In this document: positions 17,595 through 27,366 of the stretch, piece after piece
Numbering within the stretch: the stretch's first letter is position 1
How the letters are laid out: each line of letters begins with the position of its first letter
Origin: Kiritimatiellia bacterium
Lineage (GTDB): Bacteria > Verrucomicrobiota > Kiritimatiellia > RFP12 > UBA1067
Assembly (NCBI GenBank): GCA_050949565.1
Contig: JBMNFY010000017.1
Location: 992,001-1,056,000, forward strand
DNA: 64,000 bases
Reading direction: 5' to 3'
Notes under the pieces: generated by a model
What the model was told of the DNA's origin: nothing
Database searches by the model: none
Seen by the model: the letters and a program-made list of their open reading frames with translations, nothing else
Program-made: the position numbers and the translations under genes

Positions 17595-18449
17595 GTGAAG
17601 CAAACGAAATGGTGGATATGGCTGTTGGCCGCGTCGCTCGGCGTGCTGGTGTTCTGGCATGCCGGGGCGAATGTATTATCGCGCGAAGCGCTCTATCCTT
17701 ACGAAAATGCCAAGGTGTGGTTTGACCGGACCGTGTGGGTCCGCGTGCGAGCCGTCATCACGCGCGCCCGCACGGCAACGCGCGCGGCCATGCTTGAGCG
17801 CGATGTGGCGCGCCTGCGCATGGCGGTCAGTGAGGTCGAGGAGCTAGAAGCCGAAGTTGCCCGTCTGCGCGAACTGCTGGACTTTTCCCCGCCCATCGCC
17901 TGCCGCTGGCAGGCCGCCCCGGTGTTGTCGCGTGGCGGCACCTCCGCCGTCTGGCAAAGTGTGCGGCTCGGCAAGGGTTCGCGGCACGGGGTCCGTAAAG
18001 GCGATCCCGTCGTGGTTCCGGATGGCATCGTCGGGCGTGTCGCGGAGGTCTCCCCCCACACCTGCGATGTGATGCTCATCACCGATCCCAACAGCCGCGT
18101 CGCCTGCGAATTGGAGACGCCCGGCGAGGGTGTGGGCGTCGTGCGCGGTATCCTGTACGGCGGCGGCTCGCGTCCGGCGGCGGCCCCCGCCCTGACCCTG
18201 CTCTATGTGGTCGAGCCGTTGCGGCTGCGCTATCTGTCCCGGGACTTTGAACCGCCGCCGCGTACGCGCGTCGTGACCTCGGGGCTGGGGACGACCTACC
18301 CCAAGGGTCTGACCGTCGGCTATCTGCTGGAAAGCAAGCTGAATCCAGACGGCCTCGCACGCGAAGCTTCCGTGATACCGGCTGTCGATATGGCGGCGCT
18401 TGACGAGGTCTTCATCCTGACACGGCAAGGAGGCCGCCATGCGCGTTGA
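17595..18449 (+). CDS. mreC: Rod shape-determining protein MreC
   Basis: N-terminal TM, coiled coil (RLRELL), GKGSRHGV, GIVGRV and VVTSGLG..YPKGL motifs; operon position. Confidence 0.92.
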   Translation: MKQTKWWIWLLAASLGVLVFWHAGANVLSREALYPYENAKVWFDRTVWVRVRAVITRARTATRAAMLERDVARLRMAVSEVEELEAEVARLRELLDFSPPIACRWQAAPVLSRGGTSAVWQSVRLGKGSRHGVRKGDPVVVPDGIVGRVAEVSPHTCDVMLITDPNSRVACELETPGEGVGVVRGILYGGGSRPAAAPALTLLYVVEPLRLRYLSRDFEPPPRTRVVTSGLGTTYPKGLTVGYLLESKLNPDGLAREASVIPAVDMAALDEVFILTRQGGRHAR

Positions 18450-18978
18450 CATGCACCTGCCGGTTTTGGTCTTCACCCTGTTCATAGCCGCGCTGATGCA
18501 GGACCTTTTCCCTGTCACGGCCGCTCTCCCGGTCAAACCCGTTTTCCTGACAGCCGTGGCGCTTTACGCCGCGCTGACCCGTCCGGTGTGGATCGCCCTG
18601 ACGGCGATGGTTTGGGCCGGTGGGCTCACCGATGCGCTCGGAGGGTTGCCGCCGCTCTGCACGCCGATTTTCCTAATGCTGCTCTACGCAGCGACCCGTC
18701 TGCTGCAACGCGTCTTTCTCGAAGCCGGCCTGTTGCAAGGCGTGTTGGTAACGGCTGCGGTCGCCGCCGCACAGTGGCTCTGGACCCAGCTTTGGCTGCA
18801 CGGCGGTGCCGCGCTTTTCACCTTGGAAAACCTGAAGTTACTCGTCTACACGATACCGGCTGGCATGCTGGCCGGTTTCATTGGTTTTATTTTTTGCGGT
18901 CTGACTGACCGCCTCTCCGGCCTTGTCAAGCCGGTGGAAGAGGGACATGGAATCTTATGGGCAGAAACTGACCGATAG
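18439..18978 (+). CDS. mreD: MreD-like membrane protein
   Basis: Hydrophobic 179-aa protein with a GGLTD motif, between mreC and PBP2. Confidence 0.8.
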   Translation: MRVDMHLPVLVFTLFIAALMQDLFPVTAALPVKPVFLTAVALYAALTRPVWIALTAMVWAGGLTDALGGLPPLCTPIFLMLLYAATRLLQRVFLEAGLLQGVLVTAAVAAAQWLWTQLWLHGGAALFTLENLKLLVYTIPAGMLAGFIGFIFCGLTDRLSGLVKPVEEGHGILWAETDR

Positions 18979-20770
18979 CTGGCGGATCGCGCTTTTGGCG
19001 CTGTTGTATGCGACAGGAATCGTGTTTTTGGCGGTGTCGTTGCACCGCGTGCAAGTCAAGCGCTTCTCTGTGCTTTCCCGCGATCAGTTACGGCAGAGTG
19101 TGCGGCGGGTCCAAGTGCCGGGTCCGCGCGGCCGGATTTTTGACCGCAACGGCGTCTGCCTGGCCGACAACCGGGCGAGCTACTGCATTGCCTACTATGT
19201 CGAGGAATTGCGCAAACGCGGGCGCTGGATCAACACGATCAAGGCGGTAGATGCCGATGTCGACCGTCTGGCCTCCGAACTGGGCATCCCGCGCCAGCTC
19301 TCGTTCACCGCAATCTCCAACCATGTGCTCCAAAGCTTGCCGATGCCGCTGCTGGCCTGGCGCGATGTGGACCAGGAAACCCTCGCACGTTGGGCCGAAA
19401 CCGTGGAGCCCTTCCCCGGCGTGGATATCTATGTGCAGCCCGAGCGGATCTACCCGCAAGGTACGCTCGCCGCGCATGTGCTGGGCTATGTCGGACGCGA
19501 CCGTCCCCAGCCGCTGCCCGGCCATAAAATCCACTTCTACCTGCCTGAAATGATCGGCAAACAGGGCATTGAGCGGCAGTACAATCAGACCCTCACCGGC
19601 ACCTCGGGCGGACGTCTGATCCGCGTCGACGCGCGCGGTTACAAGCATGCGGTCTGGGAAGGCGAGGCCTCGGTCGCCGGCGACGACGTACACCTCACGC
19701 TTGATGTCAACGTGCAGCGCGCACTGGAGAAAGCGTTGCACGGCTGGCGCGGTGCGGGGGTGGTGATTGATCCTCGCAACGGCGAGGTGCTGGCACTGGC
19801 CAGCGCCCCCTCTTTCGATCCCAATGATTTCGTCCCGATTATGACCTCGGGCGTCTGGAAACGCCTGAACGAGGATCCCGCGCTGCCCCTCTTCAATCGT
19901 GCGGTACTGGGCCGCTATGCGCCGGGCAGCACTTTCAAGCCGGTCACCGCGATCGCTGCATTGCGCCAAGGCATTCCCGCAGGAATGACCTACACCTGCG
20001 ATGGTGTTTTCCGGCTTGGCAATATGCGGCTGCGCTGTTGGAACACCTACGGCCACGGCGAAATCGCGTTGCGCAAGGCCATCGAGCAATCATGCAACGC
20101 CTTCTTCTGCCACCTCGCCCATTCCATCGGCTACGACCCGATCTATGAGGAGGCGCGCCAACTCGGACTCGGCAGACCCACCGGGATCGACCTGCCCAGT
20201 GAGGCCGGCGGTCTGCTGCCCACCGACGCATGGAAAAAAGAAAACATGCGCGACGCCTGGCGTCCCGGCGACACCTGCCAGGTTTCGATCGGCCAGGGGC
20301 TGCTGCTCACCACGCCGCTGCAGATGGCGCTACTGACCTCGGTTTTTGCAAACGGCGGCACCCTCTACCGCCCCCACTTAATGCGGCGCGACGGTCTGCC
20401 CGAAGAACTCAACACAATGGAATGGCCGCCCGCAGCCATCGCACTGGTGCGCGGCGGCATGCACGACGTGGCGGAACTGGGTACCGGCCGCCGCGTGCGC
20501 GTGCGCGGCACGGCGGTCGCCGCCAAAACCGGAACGGCCGAAGTCGATGTGGGCGGCGTGCGCCGCAAGAACACGTGGGTCACCGCCTTCGCGCCCTTTA
20601 CTCAGCCCACGGTGGCCGTCGCGATCATCGTCGAGAACGGCGAATCGGGCGGGCTCACCGTCGCCCCGATGGTGCATGACGTGCTGGCTTCGATTTTCGG
20701 CGAGACCCCGCTCGAAAGTGATCCGGCAGCAGGTACGGCATCCCCGGAACCAGAAGTGAGGGGGGACTGA
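18947..20770 (+). CDS. mrdA: Penicillin-binding protein 2
   Basis: RGRIFDRNG, SxxK (PGSTFK), SCN and KTG motifs. Confidence 0.95.
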   Translation: MESYGQKLTDSWRIALLALLYATGIVFLAVSLHRVQVKRFSVLSRDQLRQSVRRVQVPGPRGRIFDRNGVCLADNRASYCIAYYVEELRKRGRWINTIKAVDADVDRLASELGIPRQLSFTAISNHVLQSLPMPLLAWRDVDQETLARWAETVEPFPGVDIYVQPERIYPQGTLAAHVLGYVGRDRPQPLPGHKIHFYLPEMIGKQGIERQYNQTLTGTSGGRLIRVDARGYKHAVWEGEASVAGDDVHLTLDVNVQRALEKALHGWRGAGVVIDPRNGEVLALASAPSFDPNDFVPIMTSGVWKRLNEDPALPLFNRAVLGRYAPGSTFKPVTAIAALRQGIPAGMTYTCDGVFRLGNMRLRCWNTYGHGEIALRKAIEQSCNAFFCHLAHSIGYDPIYEEARQLGLGRPTGIDLPSEAGGLLPTDAWKKENMRDAWRPGDTCQVSIGQGLLLTTPLQMALLTSVFANGGTLYRPHLMRRDGLPEELNTMEWPPAAIALVRGGMHDVAELGTGRRVRVRGTAVAAKTGTAEVDVGGVRRKNTWVTAFAPFTQPTVAVAIIVENGESGGLTVAPMVHDVLASIFGETPLESDPAAGTASPEPEVRGD

Positions 20771-20771
20771 T

Positions 20772-21947
20772 ATGCTAAAAACCATCCTTAGCCGTCTCCA
20801 ACGCCTCAATCCGTTGCTCTTCGCCTGCATGGCGGGGCTGATCGTGATCGGCGTGACCTTTGTTTACAGCGCCTGCTCGGTGCGCGGCGACCCCGAGTTG
20901 CGCATGCTCTATATGCGTCATGCGGAGGTCGGCGTGGCCGGTCTGGTAATCTACCTGGCGCTGGCATTGACCAACTACCGCATCGTGATCCGCCGCTGGA
21001 GTGGGCTGGTCTATCTGGTCTGTCTGGTGTTGCTGGTGCTCGTACCACTGATCGGCGAGGTTCGCATGGGGGCTCAGCGCTGGCTTTTCGGCATCCAGCC
21101 CTCGGAGCCGGCCAAGCTGGCGATCATCATGATGCTCGCATGGCTCTATAGCCGGCGCGAGACCAAGCGGGGCGTGCTGACGTTTCTGCTGACCCTCGTC
21201 GTGGTCGGCGTGCCGGCCGCGCTAATTCTGATGCAGCCCGATCTCGGCACAGCGATGGTACTGATACCCACCGTCTTCGCCATGCTCTTCGTAGCGCGCG
21301 TTGCACCGCGCATCGTCTGGACCTGCGTATTGGTTGGCGCAACCGTTGTGACGCTGGTTCTGGGCCTGATCTATACGGCCGAGAAGACCGACCTACCGCA
21401 AGAGCGACGCGAGCAGTTGATCGAGATGACCCAACTCAAGCCGCATCAGGTGCGGCGTCTGCAAGTATTTCTCTTCCCGGACAAAGACCTGCATGGCAGC
21501 GGCTACAACCGCCGCCAGTCTGAGATCGCGGTCGGCTCCGGTGGTGTTTGGGGCAAAGGTTACCTCAAGGGCGAACAGTACATGCTCGGGTATCTGCCGC
21601 CCTCGGTCTCATCCAACGACTTCATTTTCGCGGTGCTGGCTGAAGAGGCCGGCTTCGCGGGTTCCCTGACGGTGCTGCTGCTGTTCCTGGGCCTGCTGAG
21701 CTCGGGACTGTGGATAGCGTTTCATTGCCAAGACGATACGGGGCGACTGTTCTGTGTCGGCGTCCTCACCCTGACCTTTAGCCACATGTTCATCAACATT
21801 GCGATGACGATCGGGATGATGCCGATAACCGGACTGCCGCTGCCGTTCATCAGTTACGGACGTACCTTTATGCTGACCATGATGGCGGCATTTGGGATGG
21901 TCCAGAGTGTGTCCATCTATGGACGTGAATCGGAGATAAGGTTTTGA
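20772..21947 (+). CDS. rodA: Rod shape-determining protein RodA (SEDS family)
   Basis: GAQRW, QPSE, QPDLGT, DFIFAVLAEE and TGLPLPFISYG motifs. Confidence 0.95.
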   Translation: MLKTILSRLQRLNPLLFACMAGLIVIGVTFVYSACSVRGDPELRMLYMRHAEVGVAGLVIYLALALTNYRIVIRRWSGLVYLVCLVLLVLVPLIGEVRMGAQRWLFGIQPSEPAKLAIIMMLAWLYSRRETKRGVLTFLLTLVVVGVPAALILMQPDLGTAMVLIPTVFAMLFVARVAPRIVWTCVLVGATVVTLVLGLIYTAEKTDLPQERREQLIEMTQLKPHQVRRLQVFLFPDKDLHGSGYNRRQSEIAVGSGGVWGKGYLKGEQYMLGYLPPSVSSNDFIFAVLAEEAGFAGSLTVLLLFLGLLSSGLWIAFHCQDDTGRLFCVGVLTLTFSHMFINIAMTIGMMPITGLPLPFISYGRTFMLTMMAAFGMVQSVSIYGRESEIRF

Positions 21948-21994
21948 GAGGGCGTCGAAAGCGCCCCTCGCGGGGCCAACAAGGAGAAACAAGC

Positions 21995-23584
21995 ATGGCA
22001 TTGTTCGGATGGCTTAAAAAGGGCGCTCCCAAGCGCGAAATCGTAGTCAATGTCGAAAAGCTCGAGACGCGCGTAGCGGTGGTCGAGAATGGACGGGTTG
22101 AAGAGTTTCAGGTCGAACACCCCACCGAAGAGCGGCTCGTGGGCAGTATCTTCAAAGGACGCATCCAGAATCTGGAGCACGACCTGCAGGCCGCCTTCGT
22201 GGATATCGGACTGAAGAAAAACGCCTTCCTTCACTACTGGGACATGCTGCCCGACGATGACAGCAGGCTGGACGAGGATGACGACAACACGCGCCCTTCA
22301 CGGCGGCGGCGGGTCTCAAACGACATGATCGCCAAGCGCTTCCCTCCGGGCTCCGAAATCGTGGTGCAGGTCACCAAAGGTCCGATCAGCACCAAAGGCC
22401 CGCGCGTCACCGCCAACCTCAGCCTGCCCGGCCGCTATCTGGTCATGATGCCCGGCACGCGTCTGCGCGGCGTCTCGCGCAAGATCGGTGATGCCAAGGA
22501 GCGCCAGCGCCTGAAGAAGATTCTCGATCGCTTGCCGCTGCCGGATGACGCCGGCCTGATCGTCCGCACCGTTGGTTCGGGTGCCAACAAACGCGCCTTC
22601 GTGCGCGACCTGCGGAACCTGTGGGAGTCCTGGAACGAACTGCAGGGCAACATCAAAAACCTCAAGCCGCCGGCCTGTGTCTATCAAGAGCCCGACTTGG
22701 TCGAACGCGTCGTGCGTGACTGGCTGACCGAGGAAATCGACCGCGTGACGATCGACGACGCTGAAGCCTACAACCGCATCCGCAGCGTGGCCGGAAGAAT
22801 CTCGCGCCGTGCAAAAAACATCATCCACCGCTACGAGGGACAGCTCTCGATCTTCGAGCATCACGGCGTGGAGCGCCAACTCGAAGACGCGTTCCGGCGC
22901 AAGGTCAACCTCAAGTCCGGCGGTTATCTGATCTTCGATGAGACCGAAGCGCTGATCGCCATTGACGTCAACACCGGACGCCACCGCGGCAAAGGCTCGC
23001 AGGAAGAGGCGATCCTCGAGGTAAATCTCGAAGCTGTCGAAGAAGTCGCGCGCCAGCTCCGCCTGCGCAACATCGGCGGACTGGTGGTGGTCGACCTGAT
23101 CGACATGAAATCGCGCAAACATCAGAACACGGTTCACAAGGCCATGAAGCAGGCACTCAAGCGCGACCGCTCCCGCACCAACGTATTGCCCATCTCTGAG
23201 CTAGGGCTGATGGAAATGACCCGCCAGCGCCAAGAAGAGAGCCTGCTCTCGCAGATGTATGCGGATTGCCCTTACTGTCGCGGCCACGGTCTAATCAAAT
23301 CGCCTCTGGCGCTGAGCGTAGACATCCAGCGCCAGCTCGCGGCCATCATGCGTAAAGTACGTCAGGAAGGGAGCGACATGGTTGAATTGCAGATCATCGT
23401 CGCGCCCTGCGTGCTTGATCGCTTGCGTACCGAAGATGAGGCTTTCTTGGTCGAATTGCAACGGCGCTATACGGGGCGCTTGACCTTCAAATCGGAACTC
23501 CACCGCCATCCCGAATCCTTCTGCATTGCAGACGGACAGAGCGGCAAGATCCTCTACTCAGTCGGCGACCAAGCCGCGCACTAG
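21995..23584 (+). CDS. rng: Ribonuclease G/E family
   Basis: S1 domain (AAFVDIG), [27 protein letters not shown] and CPYCRG; AAGGAG RBS. Confidence 0.92.
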   Translation: MALFGWLKKGAPKREIVVNVEKLETRVAVVENGRVEEFQVEHPTEERLVGSIFKGRIQNLEHDLQAAFVDIGLKKNAFLHYWDMLPDDDSRLDEDDDNTRPSRRRRVSNDMIAKRFPPGSEIVVQVTKGPISTKGPRVTANLSLPGRYLVMMPGTRLRGVSRKIGDAKERQRLKKILDRLPLPDDAGLIVRTVGSGANKRAFVRDLRNLWESWNELQGNIKNLKPPACVYQEPDLVERVVRDWLTEEIDRVTIDDAEAYNRIRSVAGRISRRAKNIIHRYEGQLSIFEHHGVERQLEDAFRRKVNLKSGGYLIFDETEALIAIDVNTGRHRGKGSQEEAILEVNLEAVEEVARQLRLRNIGGLVVVDLIDMKSRKHQNTVHKAMKQALKRDRSRTNVLPISELGLMEMTRQRQEESLLSQMYADCPYCRGHGLIKSPLALSVDIQRQLAAIMRKVRQEGSDMVELQIIVAPCVLDRLRTEDEAFLVELQRRYTGRLTFKSELHRHPESFCIADGQSGKILYSVGDQAAH

Positions 23585-23589
23585 CCGAA

Positions 23590-24010
23590 AGGATGGGTTC
23601 AAGGGTTTCAGGGGTTCAAGGGTTTCAGGGTTTCAGGGTTTCAGGGTTCATACAGTGCTCGGGATCTTTTAACGCAGAGACGCGGAGACGCAGGGTTTTT
23701 TGGGGGATGGCTCGGGTTTTTTGGAACCGCCAAGGCGCCAAGAACGCCAAGGTTTTTGGAAGGGCAGTGCTCGGGTTTGTTTAACCACGAAATACACGGA
23801 ATACACGAACCACACGAAAAGCGGTGCCGCGCTTTTTCAGCATTTGCGGCATTCGCATCATTCGTGGTTAAAACAAACCCCACCCCGCAGGCGGCGTACA
23901 CGCCGCCGGGCGAACAGACGCTTGCCCCTCTCGGCGCTTCGTAAGCCCAGACCACAGAACGGGAGGGCGAGTGTCCCCACGAGCCGCCGCAACCCGCGCA
24001 CAGCGCGGCT
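23590..24010. repeat. Mosaic intergenic repeat tract
   Basis: GGGTTTCA tandem, then AACGCAGAGACGCGGAGACGCAG, AACCGCCAAGGCGCCAAGAACGCCAAG, TTAACCACGAAATACACGGAATACACGAA and the REP GGAGGGCGAGTGTCCCCACGAGCCG. Confidence 0.75.
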
Positions 24011-24100
24011 CTTGTCACCGCACTCCAAATCCAAAAACACGACTTCCCGATATTACAGGGCAACTTGCAATGCAGAAGGAGACAGCGGTACAATACGGCT

Positions 24101-24232
24101 ATGAACCAGTTCGACGACGATGATGATGACGATGATTGCACTGGCAGATGCAATATCCACACCGTGATCTTCTGGGTGTGGGTGGTTGTCAGTGTCTTGT
24201 CTTTAATCAGCGGAATCGTGTTTGGGGATTGA
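24101..24232 (+). CDS. Candidate 43-aa small membrane protein
   Basis: MNQFDDDDDDDDCTGRCNIHTVIFWVWVVVSVLSLISGIVFGD. TTGCAA-N18-TACAAT ends 6 nt before the ATG. Confidence 0.5.
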   Translation: MNQFDDDDDDDDCTGRCNIHTVIFWVWVVVSVLSLISGIVFGD

Positions 24233-24239
24233 CGTTCTC

Positions 24240-24505
24240 CTCTAAGAGTTGAGAGTTGAACGTTGAAAGTTGAGCGTTGAGAGTTATCGCGTTTGGCGGC
24301 GCACACGCCGCTGGGCAAGCGGACGCCTGCCCCTCCCGGTGTTGCGCGAGACGAATCATGGGCTGGAGGGCGAGTGTCCCCACGAGCCGCACTTCGTCGC
24401 GACACTTCGTCGCTTACACCTAGTCCAAACACTTCGTCGCTGGCGCAATCGACTAAGTGTAGCGACTAAGCGTAACCGACTAAGCGTGTGGAACTAAGTG
24501 TTTCC
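24240..24505. repeat. Mosaic intergenic repeat tract
   Basis: GTTGA(A/G)(C/A) heptamer tandem, REP palindromes, and CACTTCGTCG x3 facing CGACTAAG(T/C)G x3-4. Confidence 0.7.
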
Positions 24506-24524
24506 GTGCGTTGCGCGGAAGGTG

Positions 24525-25611
24525 TTACTTCGCGCCCTTGCGGCGGTTGCATTCCCGGCAAAGCATCTGGCAGTTTTTCGGCTCGGTCTTGCCGCCTTCG
24601 CTCCAGGGAGTGATGTGATCCGCCTCCATCTCCGCCTCCTGGAACGGCTTGCGGCAGACGGTGAACACTTGCCCTTCTGGCGCTCGTATGCGCTGCGTTT
24701 CTGGGCGGGCGTGAAGGCGCGGATGTTCAGATGCCTCTCGTCGCGCGTTAAGCACGTAGGTGTAAACGCCCTTCTTGCTGGTTACGTCGTCGTCCATCAT
24801 CAGCGTCTCGATCTGCCGCTCCAGATCGGCCGTGTCAAGCGTGTCGCCACCGAACTGGTCGTAAAGCCCGCCCCAGTCGATGCCCTTCATCTCCCTGCGG
24901 TATTTCGGGAAGGTCAGCTTCACCCAATCGATGACGCTCTTGAAATAGGTCCACAGCGCATTCGCATTCGGATCGTGCTGGTGCTCGGCCATGTATTTTT
25001 CAATTTCGCCTTTGCTCTTCCATCGGATGGCCGTTTCGAGCAACTCCTGCCGTATCGGTGATCCCGGCACGTAGTCTTTCGCAAGCAGATACGCCGCGCA
25101 GTTGCTCTTGCTGAAAATCGTCTTCGCGTGCGACAGCCACGGACCGGTGTACACGGCGTTGCGCAGCTCCTGATCCGTGAGCTTCATTCCGGCGATGTTG
25201 ATGATCCTGAACCAGTCCAGCTTCTCCCTGTCGTTGCCCTCGCAGAAGTAGATCATCAGCTTGTAGTCGAGAATCTGGTTCCGCTCCGTCTCCGTCAGGT
25301 TGTGGAAAAAGCGGTTGTCGATCGAGAAGTCGCTGTTGACGTACTGGCAGAAGCTGATGGTGCGCTGCTGCCCGTCGAGCACCTCGAACGTGCCGTCCTC
25401 GTTCTTCACCCAGTACATGACGTTCAGCGGAAAGCCCTTGCGGATCGTATCCAACACGGCGTTACGCTTCTCAACGTCGTAGATGAACTCGCGCTGGTAC
25501 TTCGGGACGGATGTTCAGCCGCCCGCCATAACCGACAACGCCCTCCTCGGCGTTGTCCACATAACCCTCGGCAACGTCACGAACCGTGATCTCATGCAAC
25601 TTGATGTTCAT
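24525..25611 (-). CDS. DUF262 (GmrS/ParB-like) plus HNH endonuclease, with apparent frameshifts
   Basis: VLDGQQR and EADHITPWSEGGKT..NCQMLCRECN motifs. The N-terminus MNIKLHEITV..RP(K)YQREF needs one C removed at ~25505. Compensating shifts at ~24750 and ~24662 hide ERHLNIRAFTPAQKRSAYERQKGKC. Confidence 0.85.
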
Positions 25612-26705
25612 TTCGCACTCCTCTTTTTCCGTCGGATGACAATGCGGTCGTACAGACGTCGGTAGGTGCCGTCCCCCTTCGGAAGGTAGAACCGTATGCC
25701 CCCGGCGACGTACGTTCCCTTGGGCGCTATTTCGGACATCGGGCGCCCGAGGAACCGGCTGCTCCCGATAATTTCAAACTGATCGGGGTTGTACTTGTCC
25801 AGAAACGTGATGGGCACGCCCATCTCGCCGTCATAGTCACAAGGGATTTCTGAAACCTTCGAAACTTCGATAGCATCGTAGTTGGCGTATCGCGGATACT
25901 CCTCCGGCGTGTAGTTGCGGTAAAGGGTCAGAAACTCGTGGCGCTTCGAAACGTCAAGATTGGTAAACCAGCTTACATTTCTGAATTTAACCAAGCCTGT
26001 TGTTTGGTCAAAAACACCTGCCGCCCATTCCCGATCATAAGCATCAGGAACACGGAAAAAGGCATTACCATTGGGAAACCCATGCCCCATCCACAACTTA
26101 TCCTCTTTGATCAAACTGAAAATGTCCAAATAAGTAATAGCATTCTTGCTTCCGATAATAAGGAACTTCTTATCGAGCGCCATCAACTGCGCCATGAATT
26201 CGCGGAACAGCGAGAAGGGCGGATTGGTGACGACGATATCGGTCTGCCTCATCAACTCAACACATTCCGGTGAGCGGAAATCGCCATCGCCCTTGAGGAC
26301 CGTCAGCACATTTTTCTTGTTCCGTAGCAGGTACGCGACATCGACGAGGTCGGCCGTGCCGTCGGCATTCGTGTCAACGACCTCCGTGATTTCAATTTTA
26401 TAGGGGTTTCTGGCCTCGGCGTCGGATTCTGCCACGCCGTACACATCGTAGAGGGGCAATTCCGTCTGCATCACGGACGAACCTGCATAGCAGGTGGCGA
26501 CCAGCTTGCGGAGTTTGAGAAAATTGAAGTTGAGCGCAAAGTACTTGAAAAAATGGCTCTCGTACGGGTCGTCGCAGTTGCACAGGACAGACTTGCCCTC
26601 GAACTGGTCTCGATAATGGCGCACCTCCGCCTCGATGTCGGGCATTTGCGTATAGAACTCATCCGCCTTGTTCTTCTTTGCCTGTGTTAGAGTTGATGTC
26701 GCCAT
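25608..26705 (-). CDS. Adenine-specific DNA methyltransferase, EcoRI family
   Basis: AKKNKADEFYT, CNCDDP, GDGDFRS, DIVVTNPPFSLFRE and MGVPITFLDKYNPDQFEI motifs. Its stop overlaps the start of the nuclease gene. Confidence 0.92.
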   Translation of the reverse strand: MATSTLTQAKKNKADEFYTQMPDIEAEVRHYRDQFEGKSVLCNCDDPYESHFFKYFALNFNFLKLRKLVATCYAGSSVMQTELPLYDVYGVAESDAEARNPYKIEITEVVDTNADGTADLVDVAYLLRNKKNVLTVLKGDGDFRSPECVELMRQTDIVVTNPPFSLFREFMAQLMALDKKFLIIGSKNAITYLDIFSLIKEDKLWMGHGFPNGNAFFRVPDAYDREWAAGVFDQTTGLVKFRNVSWFTNLDVSKRHEFLTLYRNYTPEEYPRYANYDAIEVSKVSEIPCDYDGEMGVPITFLDKYNPDQFEIIGSSRFLGRPMSEIAPKGTYVAGGIRFYLPKGDGTYRRLYDRIVIRRKKRSAK

Positions 26706-26818
26706 TCGTTTCCCCGTTTTGCGCCCGCGCGGTGCGCACAATCCGCCCCGAAGCACACGTTGCCGCATAGGGTAACACGCCATAGCGAGCTAGGCAAGCG
26801 TCGTCCGCGCGGTGTCCG

Positions 26819-27073
26819 TAATCGGTTAGTGACAGGGGGCACGCGAGTTTAGTGCGTGGTTTGTGTATCCGCAGTCGGGAGCGCGGGCGTCCCTGCCCGC
26901 TCTGTGAAAGGCCGATTGAGACTCCGACGCGCGGCTTGGTTTCAAAATGAAATACGCGCATCAACCTTTTGCAAGGCACGTTGTCGCAGGCAAGAATGCC
27001 CGCGTCACCTTCTCACGACCTCCTTTTCACCAGAAACGCATGATCCTCGCGCCCCCCCGTCACTAACCGATTA
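26819..27073. mobile_element. MITE-like element (copy 2) with a probable 11-bp target-site duplication
   Basis: TAATCGGTTAGTGACAGGGGGCACGCGAG ... CTCGCGCCCCCCCGTCACTAACCGATTA. The flanks CGCGGTGTCCG and CGCGATGTCCG match at 10/11. Confidence 0.8.
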
Positions 27074-27366
27074 CGCGATGTCCGCGCGGCGCGATTTAGG
27101 AGTTAGCCCGCCGCGCGGTTTCGCCGCGAAAAAACCATGGAGTAACTGCGACAAAATGCCCAAGTTATGGGCAAGGGAAGGAGCACGGACATTCCTGTCC
27201 GTGCCACGGGTTGGAAAACCCGTGTCCCTGTTTTAATGCCAGGTTATAGGCGAGAAGTTGAACGTTGAGCGTTCAGGCGTGGCATGGGCATCTTGCCCGC
27301 GTTTCATGGGCGGGACGCCCATGCCACCTCTCTTCAACTATTCGTTATTAGTTGTTCGTTATTCAC

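Noticed and set aside
23641-24432. 263-aa minus-strand ORF, and similar ORFs at 249-728 and 50079-51035
   Set aside because: These are translations of REP/MITE mosaics or antisense to real genes.
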